IMG/VR virus record: IMGVR_UViG_2684623171_000008
Reading direction: 5' to 3' (one strand)
Source of the DNA: a virus
Taxonomy: Duplodnaviria > Heunggongvirae > Uroviricota > Caudoviricetes
DNA: 35,933 bases
Both the position numbers and the translations under genes were made by a program. Below, piece after piece: positions 9,035-17,662 of this stretch. The first letter of the stretch is position 1. Each line of letters starts with the position of its first letter. The notes beneath the pieces were generated by a model. It saw nothing but the letters and a program-made list of their open reading frames with translations, did not search any database and had not been told where the DNA came from.

Positions 9035-9060
9035 TTTTCTTAAACGTTGGTTTGGGAGAA
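9035..9060. other. Invertase crossover site A (gix/hix-like 26 bp, 12-2-12)
   Basis: TTTTCTTAAACG-TT-GGTTTGGGAGAA; its reverse complement shares 14 identical bp (TTCTCCCAAACCAA) with site B. Confidence 0.65.
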
Positions 9061-9420
9061 GCGGCAAAACGGGATGTGGGGACAGGGGAAAATCAGATAC
9101 CGGACATGGCCTCTTTTGCCAGTGGTGATGGGTGGATGAAATTACCCAACGGGAAAATCCTGCAATATGGTCGTGGTGCGGTTACGCCGACATTATCGAC
9201 GCAAACAATGAGAATTACATTCAGCATCCCTTTCCCCAAAAAAGCGGACTGCGCCATGCTTACTCATTCTGGTGATGGCGGTGCGCCTTTAGGCGCTGGG
9301 CGAGGGTTCGTGATGACTGCAGAAGGCCCAACGTTAACCGGCTTTAATTCTGCTTACAGAACGTCATCAACCAGCGACACGGTATCGATGAATTACAGTT
9401 GGTGGGCTGTTGGTGAGTAA
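9049..9420 (+). CDS. Alternative (currently unfused) tail-fibre C-terminal segment, expressed only after inversion
   Basis: Open frame from site A (..GLGEAAKRDVG...) to the stop at 9420, in the same frame as H relative to the shared GLGE codons; the track ORF start at 9007 is not a real N-terminus. Confidence 0.55.
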   Translation, partial: GLGEAAKRDVGTGENQIPDMASFASGDGWMKLPNGKILQYGRGAVTPTLSTQTMRITFSIPFPKKADCAMLTHSGDGGAPLGAGRGFVMTAEGPTLTGFNSAYRTSSTSDTVSMNYSWWAVGE

Positions 9421-9431
9421 TTTTATTCAGG

Positions 9432-9884
9432 GTGATTTATATGAACGAATATGTTTATAGCGCAAGGCATAATGCTTTTTTCCCTGTGGATATGATTGAT
9501 AAATATAAATCAGAGGGATGGGATTTATCAGACGCTAAGGAAGTAAATCAAAATATTATCAGTGAGTTTATGGCTGAACCGCCACAAGGAAAAATCCGTA
9601 TTGCCGGAGATGATGGGCTGCCTGCGTGGGCAGATATTCCTCCACCCACGCATGAAGAGCTTATTGAAATTACTGAATCAGAAAGACAGCTACTAATTAA
9701 CCAGGCCAACGAATACATGAACAGTAAGCAATGGCCCGGTAAAGCCGCTATTGGTCGTCTGAAAGGTGAGGAACTGGCGCAATATAATTTGTGGCTGGAT
9801 TATCTGGACGCACTGGAACTGGTTGATTCCTCCAGTGCGCCAGATATTGAATGGCCTACGCCTCCGGCAGTTCAGGCCAGATGA
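9432..9884 (+). CDS. Tail fibre assembly chaperone, alternative copy (tfa')
   Basis: 150 aa; C-terminal APDIEWPTPP tail resembles the other tfa (APDVIWPELP); lies inside the invertible segment. Confidence 0.7.
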   Translation: MIYMNEYVYSARHNAFFPVDMIDKYKSEGWDLSDAKEVNQNIISEFMAEPPQGKIRIAGDDGLPAWADIPPPTHEELIEITESERQLLINQANEYMNSKQWPGKAAIGRLKGEELAQYNLWLDYLDALELVDSSSAPDIEWPTPPAVQAR

Positions 9885-10458
9885 CATCCGGCGCGGTGCT
9901 GGTATCTGTTGCCGTCACCGCGTCAATGTAATCCAGCACAGCGTTAAGTCGGGTGGTTTCTGCCTGCGTCAGTTTACGTCCGGCCTGCAATTTCAGTTGA
10001 ATCAGACTGATGGAAGCCATTGCAGTATCAATCAGCGACTGGCGCTGTGCTTCTGCCGCTTCTACTGCGGTACCGTGTTGTGCCTCAGTATCTGTCACCC
10101 ATTTTTCACCATCCCATTTATCGTATGGCGTTAACGGGGCGATAGTGGTTGTATTTTCGGGATAGTCGCCTAGTGCTGTGATTTCTTTGGCATCTCCCGT
10201 TTCGGTGTTATAGACGATTTCACCGCGATGGTCTGACACATATTCCCATGATTTTAAATCCACAGAACGGCAAATTGTATAACCAGCCTTAGATGTAACA
10301 GGAGCGTCTAAACAGGAATATGCTGGAATACCGACACCCACAGCAAGATATTCAGTTGATGCAGAAATATACTCCCGTGTTTCACCATCATAGTTATAGA
10401 CAGTAATATTCCCCGCCTTCGTGGCAATAAGCTCGCCATTTAATACAGCGTTATCCAT
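9856..10458 (-). CDS. G: Tail fibre assembly chaperone (P2 G-like), currently expressed copy
   Basis: 200 aa immediately downstream of H; its 3' end overlaps tfa' convergently by 29 bp. Confidence 0.75.
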   Translation of the reverse strand: MDNAVLNGELIATKAGNITVYNYDGETREYISASTEYLAVGVGIPAYSCLDAPVTSKAGYTICRSVDLKSWEYVSDHRGEIVYNTETGDAKEITALGDYPENTTTIAPLTPYDKWDGEKWVTDTEAQHGTAVEAAEAQRQSLIDTAMASISLIQLKLQAGRKLTQAETTRLNAVLDYIDAVTATDTSTAPDVIWPELPEA

Positions 10459-12092
10459 TATGCAGCCCTCACGATATAGTTAAATGCAATATTCCGTGGA
10501 CGAGTTTCATTTATCCCATATGCTGTTGTTCTCTGATTCCCGACAAAATATCCATTTGGATTCGAAGATACATAGTAATCATCAAAATCAAGTGGACTAT
10601 CAGCGCCCGGAGTCAGACTGGCAATATATCCTCTACCCATAACTTCTGATGCTGGTATTTCTTTTGTACGATAATCACTGACTCTGAATATCTGCCCCTG
10701 ATGAGTATGTAATTCTACCCCTCCATTCTGAAGACTTAGCAAGGCACGTACAGCATCAATACCACGCCCGTCATCCCAGCCACGAATAAACTCACCACGT
10801 AAATCAGGCAATTTATTTGTCGGATAAGCCTTTGCCAGTTCCGGGTATTCTTCAGCAGAAAAAGCGGCACCGTTGCATTTCAGCCAGCCTGTTGGCGGAG
10901 TGGCTGAAGGCCACGGAACAGGCACCCCAACCGGTAATGCAGAGCCTTCTCCCAAACCAAGGTAATCAAGAACTCCCTGAGTGCTGGTTTTACCAAGAAT
11001 GGCACGTCCAACACTTGTCAACGCGGTTAACGCGGCACGATCTGCCCCTGTAAAATATGGGAGTTTATCTGCTGATGTAGCAAGCTCCGCCAGCGCCGTC
11101 AGGGTGGCATCCTTCGGTTGCTTACCCGCAAGCGCGTTAGTCATGGTGGTCGCAAAATTCGGGTCATTGCCCAGCGCCGCAGCCAGTTCGTTCAGCGTGT
11201 TCAGTGCATCAGGTGACGAATCTACAAGTGCGGCAATCGCGGCCATAACGAAAGCCGTGCTTGCGATCTGGGTACTATTAGTTCCCTGTGGCGCTGTTGG
11301 TGTTGTTGGCGTTCCGGTCAGTGCCGGGCTGTTTAATGGTGCTTTCTTGTTCGTTTCATCCATTACCACCTTAACAGCTTTTGGTGTCGCTGCCAGCGTT
11401 TCAGACGTGCTGTTCGTGGCGCTACTGAGCTGAACAATCCCTTTTTGTATAGTGGTGGCGTTCTGGGCGGTATATTTCCCGTTAGCCAGGTCATATGCAG
11501 CCTTAACCGCTTTCGGTGTTGCGGCCAGTGTTTCTGATTCACTGTTAATTGCACTGCTTAACTGAGTAAAACCTTTTGCGGTCAGCGAGGCGTCCGGGTG
11601 ACGTCGTGACTGTTCGTGCTCTGAGATTTTATCATCCACATATTTGCGGGTTGCCAGAACCACAGACGGGTCGATTTTCAGCGTGATAGCTTCGGTGTTC
11701 GTGACAACCAGAATCATGCGGATAGTCTGGGTGCGTCCACTGCCTTCCTGCAACTGCGGTTTGTACGTTTCCGGGCAGTTTGCCACCGCAATGAGTACAC
11801 CTTCATCATCATAAAGACCAATCTCACGGATCCAGAATCCTCCCTCGTTTTCAGGGATGATTTGCTCCGCAATAATCTGGCTCTGATTGTTAGGGTCAAC
11901 ACTCAGAAGATTCAGCGGTGCAATGCGTTTCTGGTTAATCAGTTTTGTTTGTGCAGGGTCTGGTGTTGGTAACACACCATTTGCATCACCAACGGCCATT
12001 TGCGTCAGATTCAGCTTACTGCCGAGCATCGTCGCGTTAGCCAGTCGTGCTGCGCCCTGATTAGTCAGAATGGCGTAGTATTTCACTGTCAT
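10458..12092 (-). CDS. H: Tail fibre protein H (constant N-terminal part plus currently fused variable C-terminus)
   Basis: 544 aa; long stretches close to P2 H (DPSVVLATRKYVDDKISEHEQSRRHPDASLTAKGFTQLSSA...). Crossover site B lies at codons ..DYLGLGEG.. Confidence 0.9.
   Translation of the reverse strand: MTVKYYAILTNQGAARLANATMLGSKLNLTQMAVGDANGVLPTPDPAQTKLINQKRIAPLNLLSVDPNNQSQIIAEQIIPENEGGFWIREIGLYDDEGVLIAVANCPETYKPQLQEGSGRTQTIRMILVVTNTEAITLKIDPSVVLATRKYVDDKISEHEQSRRHPDASLTAKGFTQLSSAINSESETLAATPKAVKAAYDLANGKYTAQNATTIQKGIVQLSSATNSTSETLAATPKAVKVVMDETNKKAPLNSPALTGTPTTPTAPQGTNSTQIASTAFVMAAIAALVDSSPDALNTLNELAAALGNDPNFATTMTNALAGKQPKDATLTALAELATSADKLPYFTGADRAALTALTSVGRAILGKTSTQGVLDYLGLGEGSALPVGVPVPWPSATPPTGWLKCNGAAFSAEEYPELAKAYPTNKLPDLRGEFIRGWDDGRGIDAVRALLSLQNGGVELHTHQGQIFRVSDYRTKEIPASEVMGRGYIASLTPGADSPLDFDDYYVSSNPNGYFVGNQRTTAYGINETRPRNIAFNYIVRAA
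10947..10972. other. Invertase crossover site B inside H (gix/hix-like 26 bp)
   Basis: Plus strand TTCTCCCAAACC-AA-GGTAATCAAGAA; inverted relative to site A with identical central dinucleotide (TT in the H reading direction). Confidence 0.65.
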
Positions 12093-12697
12093 GCGTTTAC
12101 TCTCAGATTATCAATTAAATGAATGGCCGGGGCAGGGAAATAATCCCCTTCGACAATAATGGACTCCGGGGTGTAGGGATAAACCGTCAGGGCATCGCCG
12201 TGATAGCATCCCGTACCAACGAAAATCTTTCCGTTCACACTCAGGCTGATCGCCAGCCCCGTCAGATGGCGACTTACTGGTTTTGCATCCGCAATAAGGC
12301 GCTCAAGTTCCTGATACATTTCATCGGTGATGCCCTGATCAAGTACTCCGACAACAATGCGAAATGTTCCTGGCTCCTCGTTGAGTTGCCACCACTCCTT
12401 TACTTCAATCAGGTAGCCGAGAGGCTCCACGGCTCTTCGCAGTGCGCTGATGGTCCCTTTGTGTCGGTGTATCAGCCATGCATCACGAATTACCTGTCGC
12501 TTTGTCTCTTCCGGCCAGTTGCGATCCCAGCGGTCAACGGAAAACGCCCAGGCGAGATAAGGCAGCAGATGCACCGGGCAGGTGTCCGGCGACCACAGCG
12601 TGTTGAGGTCTACCGGAATGTCTGTAATGCGTGTTCCGACGGCTTCGGCACAACGCATGAAATTGCTGGCTGATGGTGGTAACAACGAATTACTCAT
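12089..12697 (-). CDS. I: Baseplate assembly protein I
   Basis: Follows J and precedes H; start set at ATG 12697 (MSNSLLPP.., GAAGGTGGA RBS) rather than the longer track ORF. Confidence 0.75.
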   Translation of the reverse strand: MSNSLLPPSASNFMRCAEAVGTRITDIPVDLNTLWSPDTCPVHLLPYLAWAFSVDRWDRNWPEETKRQVIRDAWLIHRHKGTISALRRAVEPLGYLIEVKEWWQLNEEPGTFRIVVGVLDQGITDEMYQELERLIADAKPVSRHLTGLAISLSVNGKIFVGTGCYHGDALTVYPYTPESIIVEGDYFPAPAIHLIDNLRVNA

Positions 12698-13586
12698 TGC
12701 GTCCACCTTCGCTGATGGTGAATGACTCACAGCGCGCCGCCTGTATGTCGCTGATGGTCATATTCTGTGTGGGTTCGATTATCTCCACGCGTTGCACACC
12801 GTGCACATGCAGTGCGGCAGCAATGGCGGACAACGCCACGTCCTGACCGATAAGCCCCTGCTCAGCCAGCCACTTCCTGAACGACGATTCAGCCGCGGCC
12901 AGAATAGGTTCGGATTCCGGGCCGGGGTAAAAGTACAGTTTTGCATTCAGCCGCCATGTCACGATTCTGGCGCTCTGTACGGTCAGGCGGTCGGCCACCG
13001 GGCGGGTATCCTCTGCATTCAGAACGGCGCGAACGGTATTAAGCAACGCCTCCGTTGCTGTGCCGTCGCCCTCAGTGGACAGGATGGAAACCGTCACATT
13101 TGCCGGAGACGGGCTGATAGCCCGCGCATCACGCACCAGACCGCTGGCGCTGCGGGCAAAATACTCGTATGCACCTGACGGGCCAGCAACACTCAGGCCG
13201 TCGTACGCCCGCTGCGCCCGCAGTCTCAGCGAGGTGTCGCTCTCCATCACCGCGTCGGTGGTATCCGTTGCCGGAGTGATGGTCAGGCGCTTTGTGTTCA
13301 TATTGCCCGCGAGGTTGTCCAGGTCTGTCCCGGCGCTGTGGCTTAACATGCAGGCGCGTGCCCCCTCATTGACCCGCTGGCGTAACAGCATTTCACGAAA
13401 CGCTGTTGTCTGGGCGATAACGTTCAGGGGTTCCGATTCCAGCTCCAGCGCGGCGGAAACGGCTTCACGCTGTTCGGCGGGATAAGCCGCAATCATCATG
13501 GCCTTTGTGTCAGCCAGAATTGCCTCAAAATCAGGCTTCGCGATGATGGCGGGTTCCGGTAACTGGGAAAGGTCAACAGCAGGCAT
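12690..13586 (-). CDS. J: Baseplate protein J
   Basis: 298 aa; position and size match P2 gpJ. Confidence 0.8.
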   Translation of the reverse strand: MPAVDLSQLPEPAIIAKPDFEAILADTKAMMIAAYPAEQREAVSAALELESEPLNVIAQTTAFREMLLRQRVNEGARACMLSHSAGTDLDNLAGNMNTKRLTITPATDTTDAVMESDTSLRLRAQRAYDGLSVAGPSGAYEYFARSASGLVRDARAISPSPANVTVSILSTEGDGTATEALLNTVRAVLNAEDTRPVADRLTVQSARIVTWRLNAKLYFYPGPESEPILAAAESSFRKWLAEQGLIGQDVALSAIAAALHVHGVQRVEIIEPTQNMTISDIQAARCESFTISEGGRNE

Positions 13587-13589
13587 GAT

Positions 13590-13940
13590 TTACTCTCTCA
13601 GCGTGATGGTTAATTCAACATTCTGCATGGTCTGCATAACAGTGCCCGACAGCGTCACCCCGGCGCGGCCTCCTGCCTTCCAGACAACGTCGATAGCGTC
13701 CAGGGCAATGCGGGGTTCCCATCGTGTCAGCGCAATCACGGCAGCACTCATGCATTGCAGACGCGTGGTGTTATTCATGGGTTCGTCAATCAAATCAGGC
13801 ACAAGGCTGCCATATTCCCGTCGCATAACCCGGCTTGCCAGCGGGGTGGTCAGGATGTCCCTGACTGACTGTTTCAGGTGCTCCATATCGTTCAGGTTTC
13901 CCGTTCCGTCCGGGTTCATTCCTGTGTAGCGGGTTGTCAC
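13590..13940 (-). CDS. W: Baseplate protein W (gp25-like)
   Basis: 116 aa between V and J. Confidence 0.8.
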   Translation of the reverse strand: MTTRYTGMNPDGTGNLNDMEHLKQSVRDILTTPLASRVMRREYGSLVPDLIDEPMNNTTRLQCMSAAVIALTRWEPRIALDAIDVVWKAGGRAGVTLSGTVMQTMQNVELTITLRE

Positions 13941-14518
13941 TGCGGGCCTCCTGTCGAATCGCTGCCACCTTTAACGCCACCGTGCTTATGCGTATGCACT
14001 GTGATGCCGTTTGAGGTGAAATCGCCGCCGCTGTGCGTGATATTGCCGCTCATCTTTCCCCCTTTTGTGACGTCAATCTCGGCTGTTTTCAGAAGGTTTG
14101 TGCATTCCACGACGGGCGTATCCAGTTTCACGCTGACGGATGCCTGCAGGGTGGCTGTTTTCATGCCGCTGGCGCTCAGTGCGCCTGCGTCCGCGTCGTA
14201 GCGGAACACCGCGCCATCCGGCGCGCTGACCACGATTTCTTTCAGGCTTTTGCCGGGGGCCGGATTGGCATCACTCCACAGGCTGCCAATTATCATGGCG
14301 GTTTCCGGGTTGCCGCCAATGCAGGCAATTACCACCTGTTCGCCCACTGATGGCGGCAGCCACACATTGAAGGTTCCCGCGCGCGTGGTGTTCCAGCGCA
14401 ACCAGCCTGTTTCCAGTTCGCCGCTGCGAACGCGCACGCGCCAGGACTTCTCATCAACTTCAGAGATGATCCCGGTGCGGATGATATTGCTCAGCAGTCG
14501 CATGAGTTCTGCGCTCAC
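13937..14518 (-). CDS. V: Baseplate spike protein V
   Basis: 193 aa; ATGA-type overlap with W; Gly-rich C-terminus. Confidence 0.8.
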   Translation of the reverse strand: MSAELMRLLSNIIRTGIISEVDEKSWRVRVRSGELETGWLRWNTTRAGTFNVWLPPSVGEQVVIACIGGNPETAMIIGSLWSDANPAPGKSLKEIVVSAPDGAVFRYDADAGALSASGMKTATLQASVSVKLDTPVVECTNLLKTAEIDVTKGGKMSGNITHSGGDFTSNGITVHTHKHGGVKGGSDSTGGPQ

Positions 14519-15159
14519 CGTACAGCCTCCGCAATCCGGCCCAGCACCGTGTTATAAATCAGACGCTCATCTGCCTGGCTGATACCCAGCAGCTCACGTA
14601 CCGGGTAATCGGTGAAAATGCCCGGCGCAACCTGATCGCGCTCACCGTACTGATGAACGCGGGCAATACGTGCGGCTACGCCGCTGTAACCCACCGTCAC
14701 ACCGGAAGCATCTGCACGGGCTTTCAGGTAGCGGGCGGTGCGCAGTTTTACGAACATGGGGACGCGCTTTGTGCTGTCCTGGTTGATGCGCCGGGTGCGT
14801 ATTTCCAGAAAACGGTCGATGTCATCCCGATAAAACGTGCGGATATTGTTTTTATCCTCATCCCACCCGGTAATGGTTCGCCCGTATTTCCCCGTGTCGT
14901 GATGCCAGTTTTTCAGCGTGCGTGCTTCGTTATTCCAGATAAAGCGAATGCGCTCCTGTATCCGGGTTACGCGGCGTCTGCGTGGTGTCCATGCGGTCCC
15001 GTCCGGCGCTTTCTGTGACCGGATGCGCGCCTGCTGGGCGCGGCGTAAATCCTGTGCCAGCTTTCTGGCGATGTTATTGATGGCCTGCTGATTCAGGCTG
15101 TCGCGGATAGCCTCAAAGGTTTCATCCACGCGGGTGAATGCCTTATCCATCGCTTTCAC
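14515..15159 (-). CDS. S: Tail completion / virion morphogenesis protein (S position)
   Basis: 214 aa between R and V; assigned mainly by gene order. Confidence 0.55.
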   Translation of the reverse strand: MKAMDKAFTRVDETFEAIRDSLNQQAINNIARKLAQDLRRAQQARIRSQKAPDGTAWTPRRRRVTRIQERIRFIWNNEARTLKNWHHDTGKYGRTITGWDEDKNNIRTFYRDDIDRFLEIRTRRINQDSTKRVPMFVKLRTARYLKARADASGVTVGYSGVAARIARVHQYGERDQVAPGIFTDYPVRELLGISQADERLIYNTVLGRIAEAVR

Positions 15160-15610
15160 CCCGCGTCACATCCTGGAATACATGCGACCAGTCGCCTTCG
15201 GAAGAGGGCAGGCGGGGTTTTGGCTCCGGCAGGTGTTCTGCCTGCGGTGTGCCCTGACTGTTGCGCGTAATGCGAACGCGTTCCCGCAGGGGGAGCGTAA
15301 ACAGGAGATCGGCGCTGTCATCGTCATTGATAACGGCGGAAAATTTGATGTCCTGATTACGCTCCGGATTGAGCAACAACTGTGGCTGATTTTCGGATAA
15401 CCACGCCAGCAGCGGCAGCGTGAGGTCGTCCAGCTCCCCGGCGTAATCCATGACAAACATCACCATCTGATAGTGGTAAACAAACGAGGGAGTTTCTCCG
15501 GTCGTTTCAATGTTGCCGCTCTCCACGAAAATGGTGAATTTTTCCGGGTTAGCCTGACACCATCGGCATGAACGGGTCATGGCTTCACGCAGGGAATCAG
15601 TTTTCAGCAT
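15143..15610 (-). CDS. R: Tail completion protein R
   Basis: 155 aa; start MLKTDSLREAMTRS resembles P2 gpR. Confidence 0.75.
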   Translation of the reverse strand: MLKTDSLREAMTRSCRWCQANPEKFTIFVESGNIETTGETPSFVYHYQMVMFVMDYAGELDDLTLPLLAWLSENQPQLLLNPERNQDIKFSAVINDDDSADLLFTLPLRERVRITRNSQGTPQAEHLPEPKPRLPSSEGDWSHVFQDVTRGESDG

Positions 15611-15887
15611 GGTTGTTATCCTCGTTGTTCAGTCGTTGCAGCCTGCGTTGTTCCAGTAATTCAATGGCCCGTTTATCCGCGTTACAGGTTTCCAGTGCAT
15701 CCAGAAGGCGGTCGCCCCATATACCGAGATTTCCCCATGTGGGAGTGTCAGGGAAGGGGGGAGGCGTTACCGGTATGGTCAGCGTCTGCGGTATAAGCCG
15801 GACTGACGGCGCTGGCAGTGGCGCGTTCTGCGTGCCTGCGCAGCCTGTCAGTAAAACGAGCGTCAGGCAAAGCGTGGGCGCATTCAT
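15597..15887 (-). CDS. o-spanin (LysC/Rz1-like outer-membrane lipoprotein)
   Basis: MNAPTLCLTLVLLTGCAG lipobox signal, Pro-rich; starts inside the i-spanin gene in another frame. Confidence 0.6.
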   Translation of the reverse strand: MNAPTLCLTLVLLTGCAGTQNAPLPAPSVRLIPQTLTIPVTPPPFPDTPTWGNLGIWGDRLLDALETCNADKRAIELLEQRRLQRLNNEDNNHAEN

Positions 15888-16155
15888 CTTTTGCAATATC
15901 GTTGCGTAGCTGTTCACGTCTTACCTCTCCGTCCTGATTGCGTTGCTGATTTTCCACGCGGAGTTGCGCCAGCACCTGCTGCATATCCTGTACCCCGGCG
16001 CTGATGATATTCAGGGTGTCGGCGGTACTTTTCAGGGTGCTGGCCTGCGCTTCGTTTCTGGCGTTCTCCCGGCCCAGCGACCACGACAGACGCATGGATG
16101 TTCCCCATCCGGCAATCAGAAGGAAAGCGACGCCAAGCGTGGGCCAGAGCTTCAT
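15748..16155 (-). CDS. i-spanin (LysB/Rz-like)
   Basis: Start set at MKLWPTLGVAFLLIAGWG (N-terminal TM helix) followed by a coiled coil; lies directly after the endolysin. Confidence 0.6.
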   Translation of the reverse strand: MKLWPTLGVAFLLIAGWGTSMRLSWSLGRENARNEAQASTLKSTADTLNIISAGVQDMQQVLAQLRVENQQRNQDGEVRREQLRNDIAKDECAHALPDARFTDRLRRHAERATASAVSPAYTADADHTGNASPLP

Positions 16156-16544
16156 GCCGGATAGGCTCCGTGTGGTAACTGAAAATGCGGTCCGTCTTTC
16201 AGGGTCTTCCAGTCGCCGCCCCATTCCACCGGAATATTCAGTTCCCGGCTGGCCTGTCTGAATGCTGCTGCGATTTTTTCGTACAGCGGCCATTCCCATG
16301 ACACCTGGCTGCCGATATAAGCCACAACATCCACGGCATGCCCCGTAAGGTGGCGGCTGTTCATGGTCTGGCTCTTACCTGTGGCCACAAGTTGCTTCTG
16401 GCGGTAACGGCTGCGCAACCCTTCGGTGATACCAAAATCCACTTCCGAGATTTCCAGTGCCCGTCGGGTCACTTTCACCAGATCAGGATTTACGCCCTGC
16501 AAATTCTTTTCGCTCCGGCTGCTGAATTTAAATGTGTTGCTCAT
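16152..16544 (-). CDS. Endolysin, peptidase M15 (L-alanyl-D-glutamate / VanY-like) family
   Basis: 130 aa; SRHLTGHAVDV and DGPHFQ zinc-ligand motifs typical of M15 peptidases. Confidence 0.7.
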   Translation of the reverse strand: MSNTFKFSSRSEKNLQGVNPDLVKVTRRALEISEVDFGITEGLRSRYRQKQLVATGKSQTMNSRHLTGHAVDVVAYIGSQVSWEWPLYEKIAAAFRQASRELNIPVEWGGDWKTLKDGPHFQLPHGAYPA

Positions 16545-16864
16545 TCGTCTTTCTCCTTCACCCTGCGATTAAAGGCCGCAATAACCTTGTCGCGTGCTTT
16601 CTCTGCCCCCATAAAACCGATTGATGCGCCGATAAACGTCACGGCATCTTCAGGAAAACCGAAGAAGCGCAACGACCCGGCCACGGCCATGGCAAGAACG
16701 CCGCACGCCAGCGATCCCGTTACGGTCTGAACCAGTGTTCGTCCGTCATAAAGACTCATCAGCGCGGAAATGCTGACCGCCGCGCCTACTGCATACACCG
16801 TTGGCAGGTGGTCAAAGAGCCACGCAATAACCTGCTCTGTGATCCCTGTTTGAATGGTGCTCAC
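16541..16864 (-). CDS. Holin
   Basis: GTG start after the X stop with GGGGAG RBS; three predicted TM helices and a charged C-terminus. Start uncertain. Confidence 0.6.
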   Translation of the reverse strand: MSTIQTGITEQVIAWLFDHLPTVYAVGAAVSISALMSLYDGRTLVQTVTGSLACGVLAMAVAGSLRFFGFPEDAVTFIGASIGFMGAEKARDKVIAAFNRRVKEKDE

Positions 16865-16866
16865 TG

Positions 16867-17067
16867 CTACTCCCCCCACAACTGAATCATTTCTCGTTTC
16901 TTCTTCTCCGGCTCCGGCATCTCCACTTCCTGCCCGGCGTCCAGAAATACCTGCTGACAGAGTCCGGGGTTGGCATCCAGCACCTTTTCGGTGACGCCCT
17001 GCGTCGTGCCGTAGTACCGGAAACAGAGCGAATCCACGGTGTCGCCTTCCAGTGCCTTCACTTTCAT
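16867..17067 (-). CDS. X: Tail protein X (LysM-like)
   Basis: MKVKALEGDTVDSLCFRYYGTTQGVTEKVLDANPGL resembles P2 gpX; internal start chosen. Confidence 0.75.
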   Translation of the reverse strand: MKVKALEGDTVDSLCFRYYGTTQGVTEKVLDANPGLCQQVFLDAGQEVEMPEPEKKKREMIQLWGE

Positions 17068-17570
17068 CAGCACAACTCCGCAAAGATTCGCGGGCGGCAC
17101 AGAATGTCAGAGATGGCCCAGCTCACATCGCGCCACAAATCCGATGTCTGTATATCCAGTGCGTCCGCCCGGCGGTCGCCCTTGTCCGTTGTGTCCGCAT
17201 CGCGGTAACGCTCCAGAATCAGGGCGCGTGTGGCGGTGTAAACCGCATTGCGCCAGTGCCAGAGATTGACGCTTTCTCCGTTAATTACGGGTGCCGGAAC
17301 ATCGGCCAGCGTCTGATGGCCAGCCGCCTGCTGTTCCTGCTGCCACGCTTCCAGCTCGCGGGTAACGTGTGCCACGGCCCCGGTGGCTGTATGCAGCAGG
17401 CGGGAGGTGGTCACACGGCCCGGCAGTCGTACCGCCAGACGCAGCTCACGCAGCACAATATCCGGCCAGAATGCACCTGCTGAAATACGGGTATCACCAT
17501 CATCGGTATCGGTGATGTCGTCCTCTGCGGGTCCGGGGTTGGTTCTGGCAACCATACTCATGGGGTTCAC
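17067..17570 (-). CDS. L: Head completion/stabilisation protein L
   Basis: 167 aa downstream of M; P2 gpL-like. Confidence 0.75.
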   Translation of the reverse strand: MNPMSMVARTNPGPAEDDITDTDDGDTRISAGAFWPDIVLRELRLAVRLPGRVTTSRLLHTATGAVAHVTRELEAWQQEQQAAGHQTLADVPAPVINGESVNLWHWRNAVYTATRALILERYRDADTTDKGDRRADALDIQTSDLWRDVSWAISDILCRPRIFAELC

Positions 17571-17662
17571 TCCTGAAAAAATCGGGCGGTGGGTGCGCGG
17601 TGTAAACGGTCACGGAGTCAAACCGGAACACCGCGCACGCCGCCCGCTGACGGGGTCAGTCG

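Larger units (their letters stand above)
9047..10960. other. Invertible tail-fibre host-range segment (about 1.9 kb) between crossover sites A and B
   Basis: Bounded by the inverted crossover sites; holds two alternative fibre C-termini and two tfa genes in opposite orientation, as in the Mu G and P1 C segments. Confidence 0.65.

Noticed and set aside
9007-9048. Track ORF start (MMPVSRNL...) for the 137-aa plus-strand ORF
   Set aside because: This stretch is upstream of crossover site A with no RBS; the segment is a promoterless alternative C-terminal part of the fibre gene, not an independent gene.
16156-16299. N-terminal extension of the i-spanin track ORF overlapping the endolysin
   Set aside because: The TM-helix start MKLWPTLGV at 16155 fits spanin architecture; the extension overlaps the endolysin in another frame.
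16865-17083. Long N-terminal extension of the holin track ORF
   Set aside because: It overlaps gene X in another frame; the start was placed at the GTG with RBS just after the X stop.
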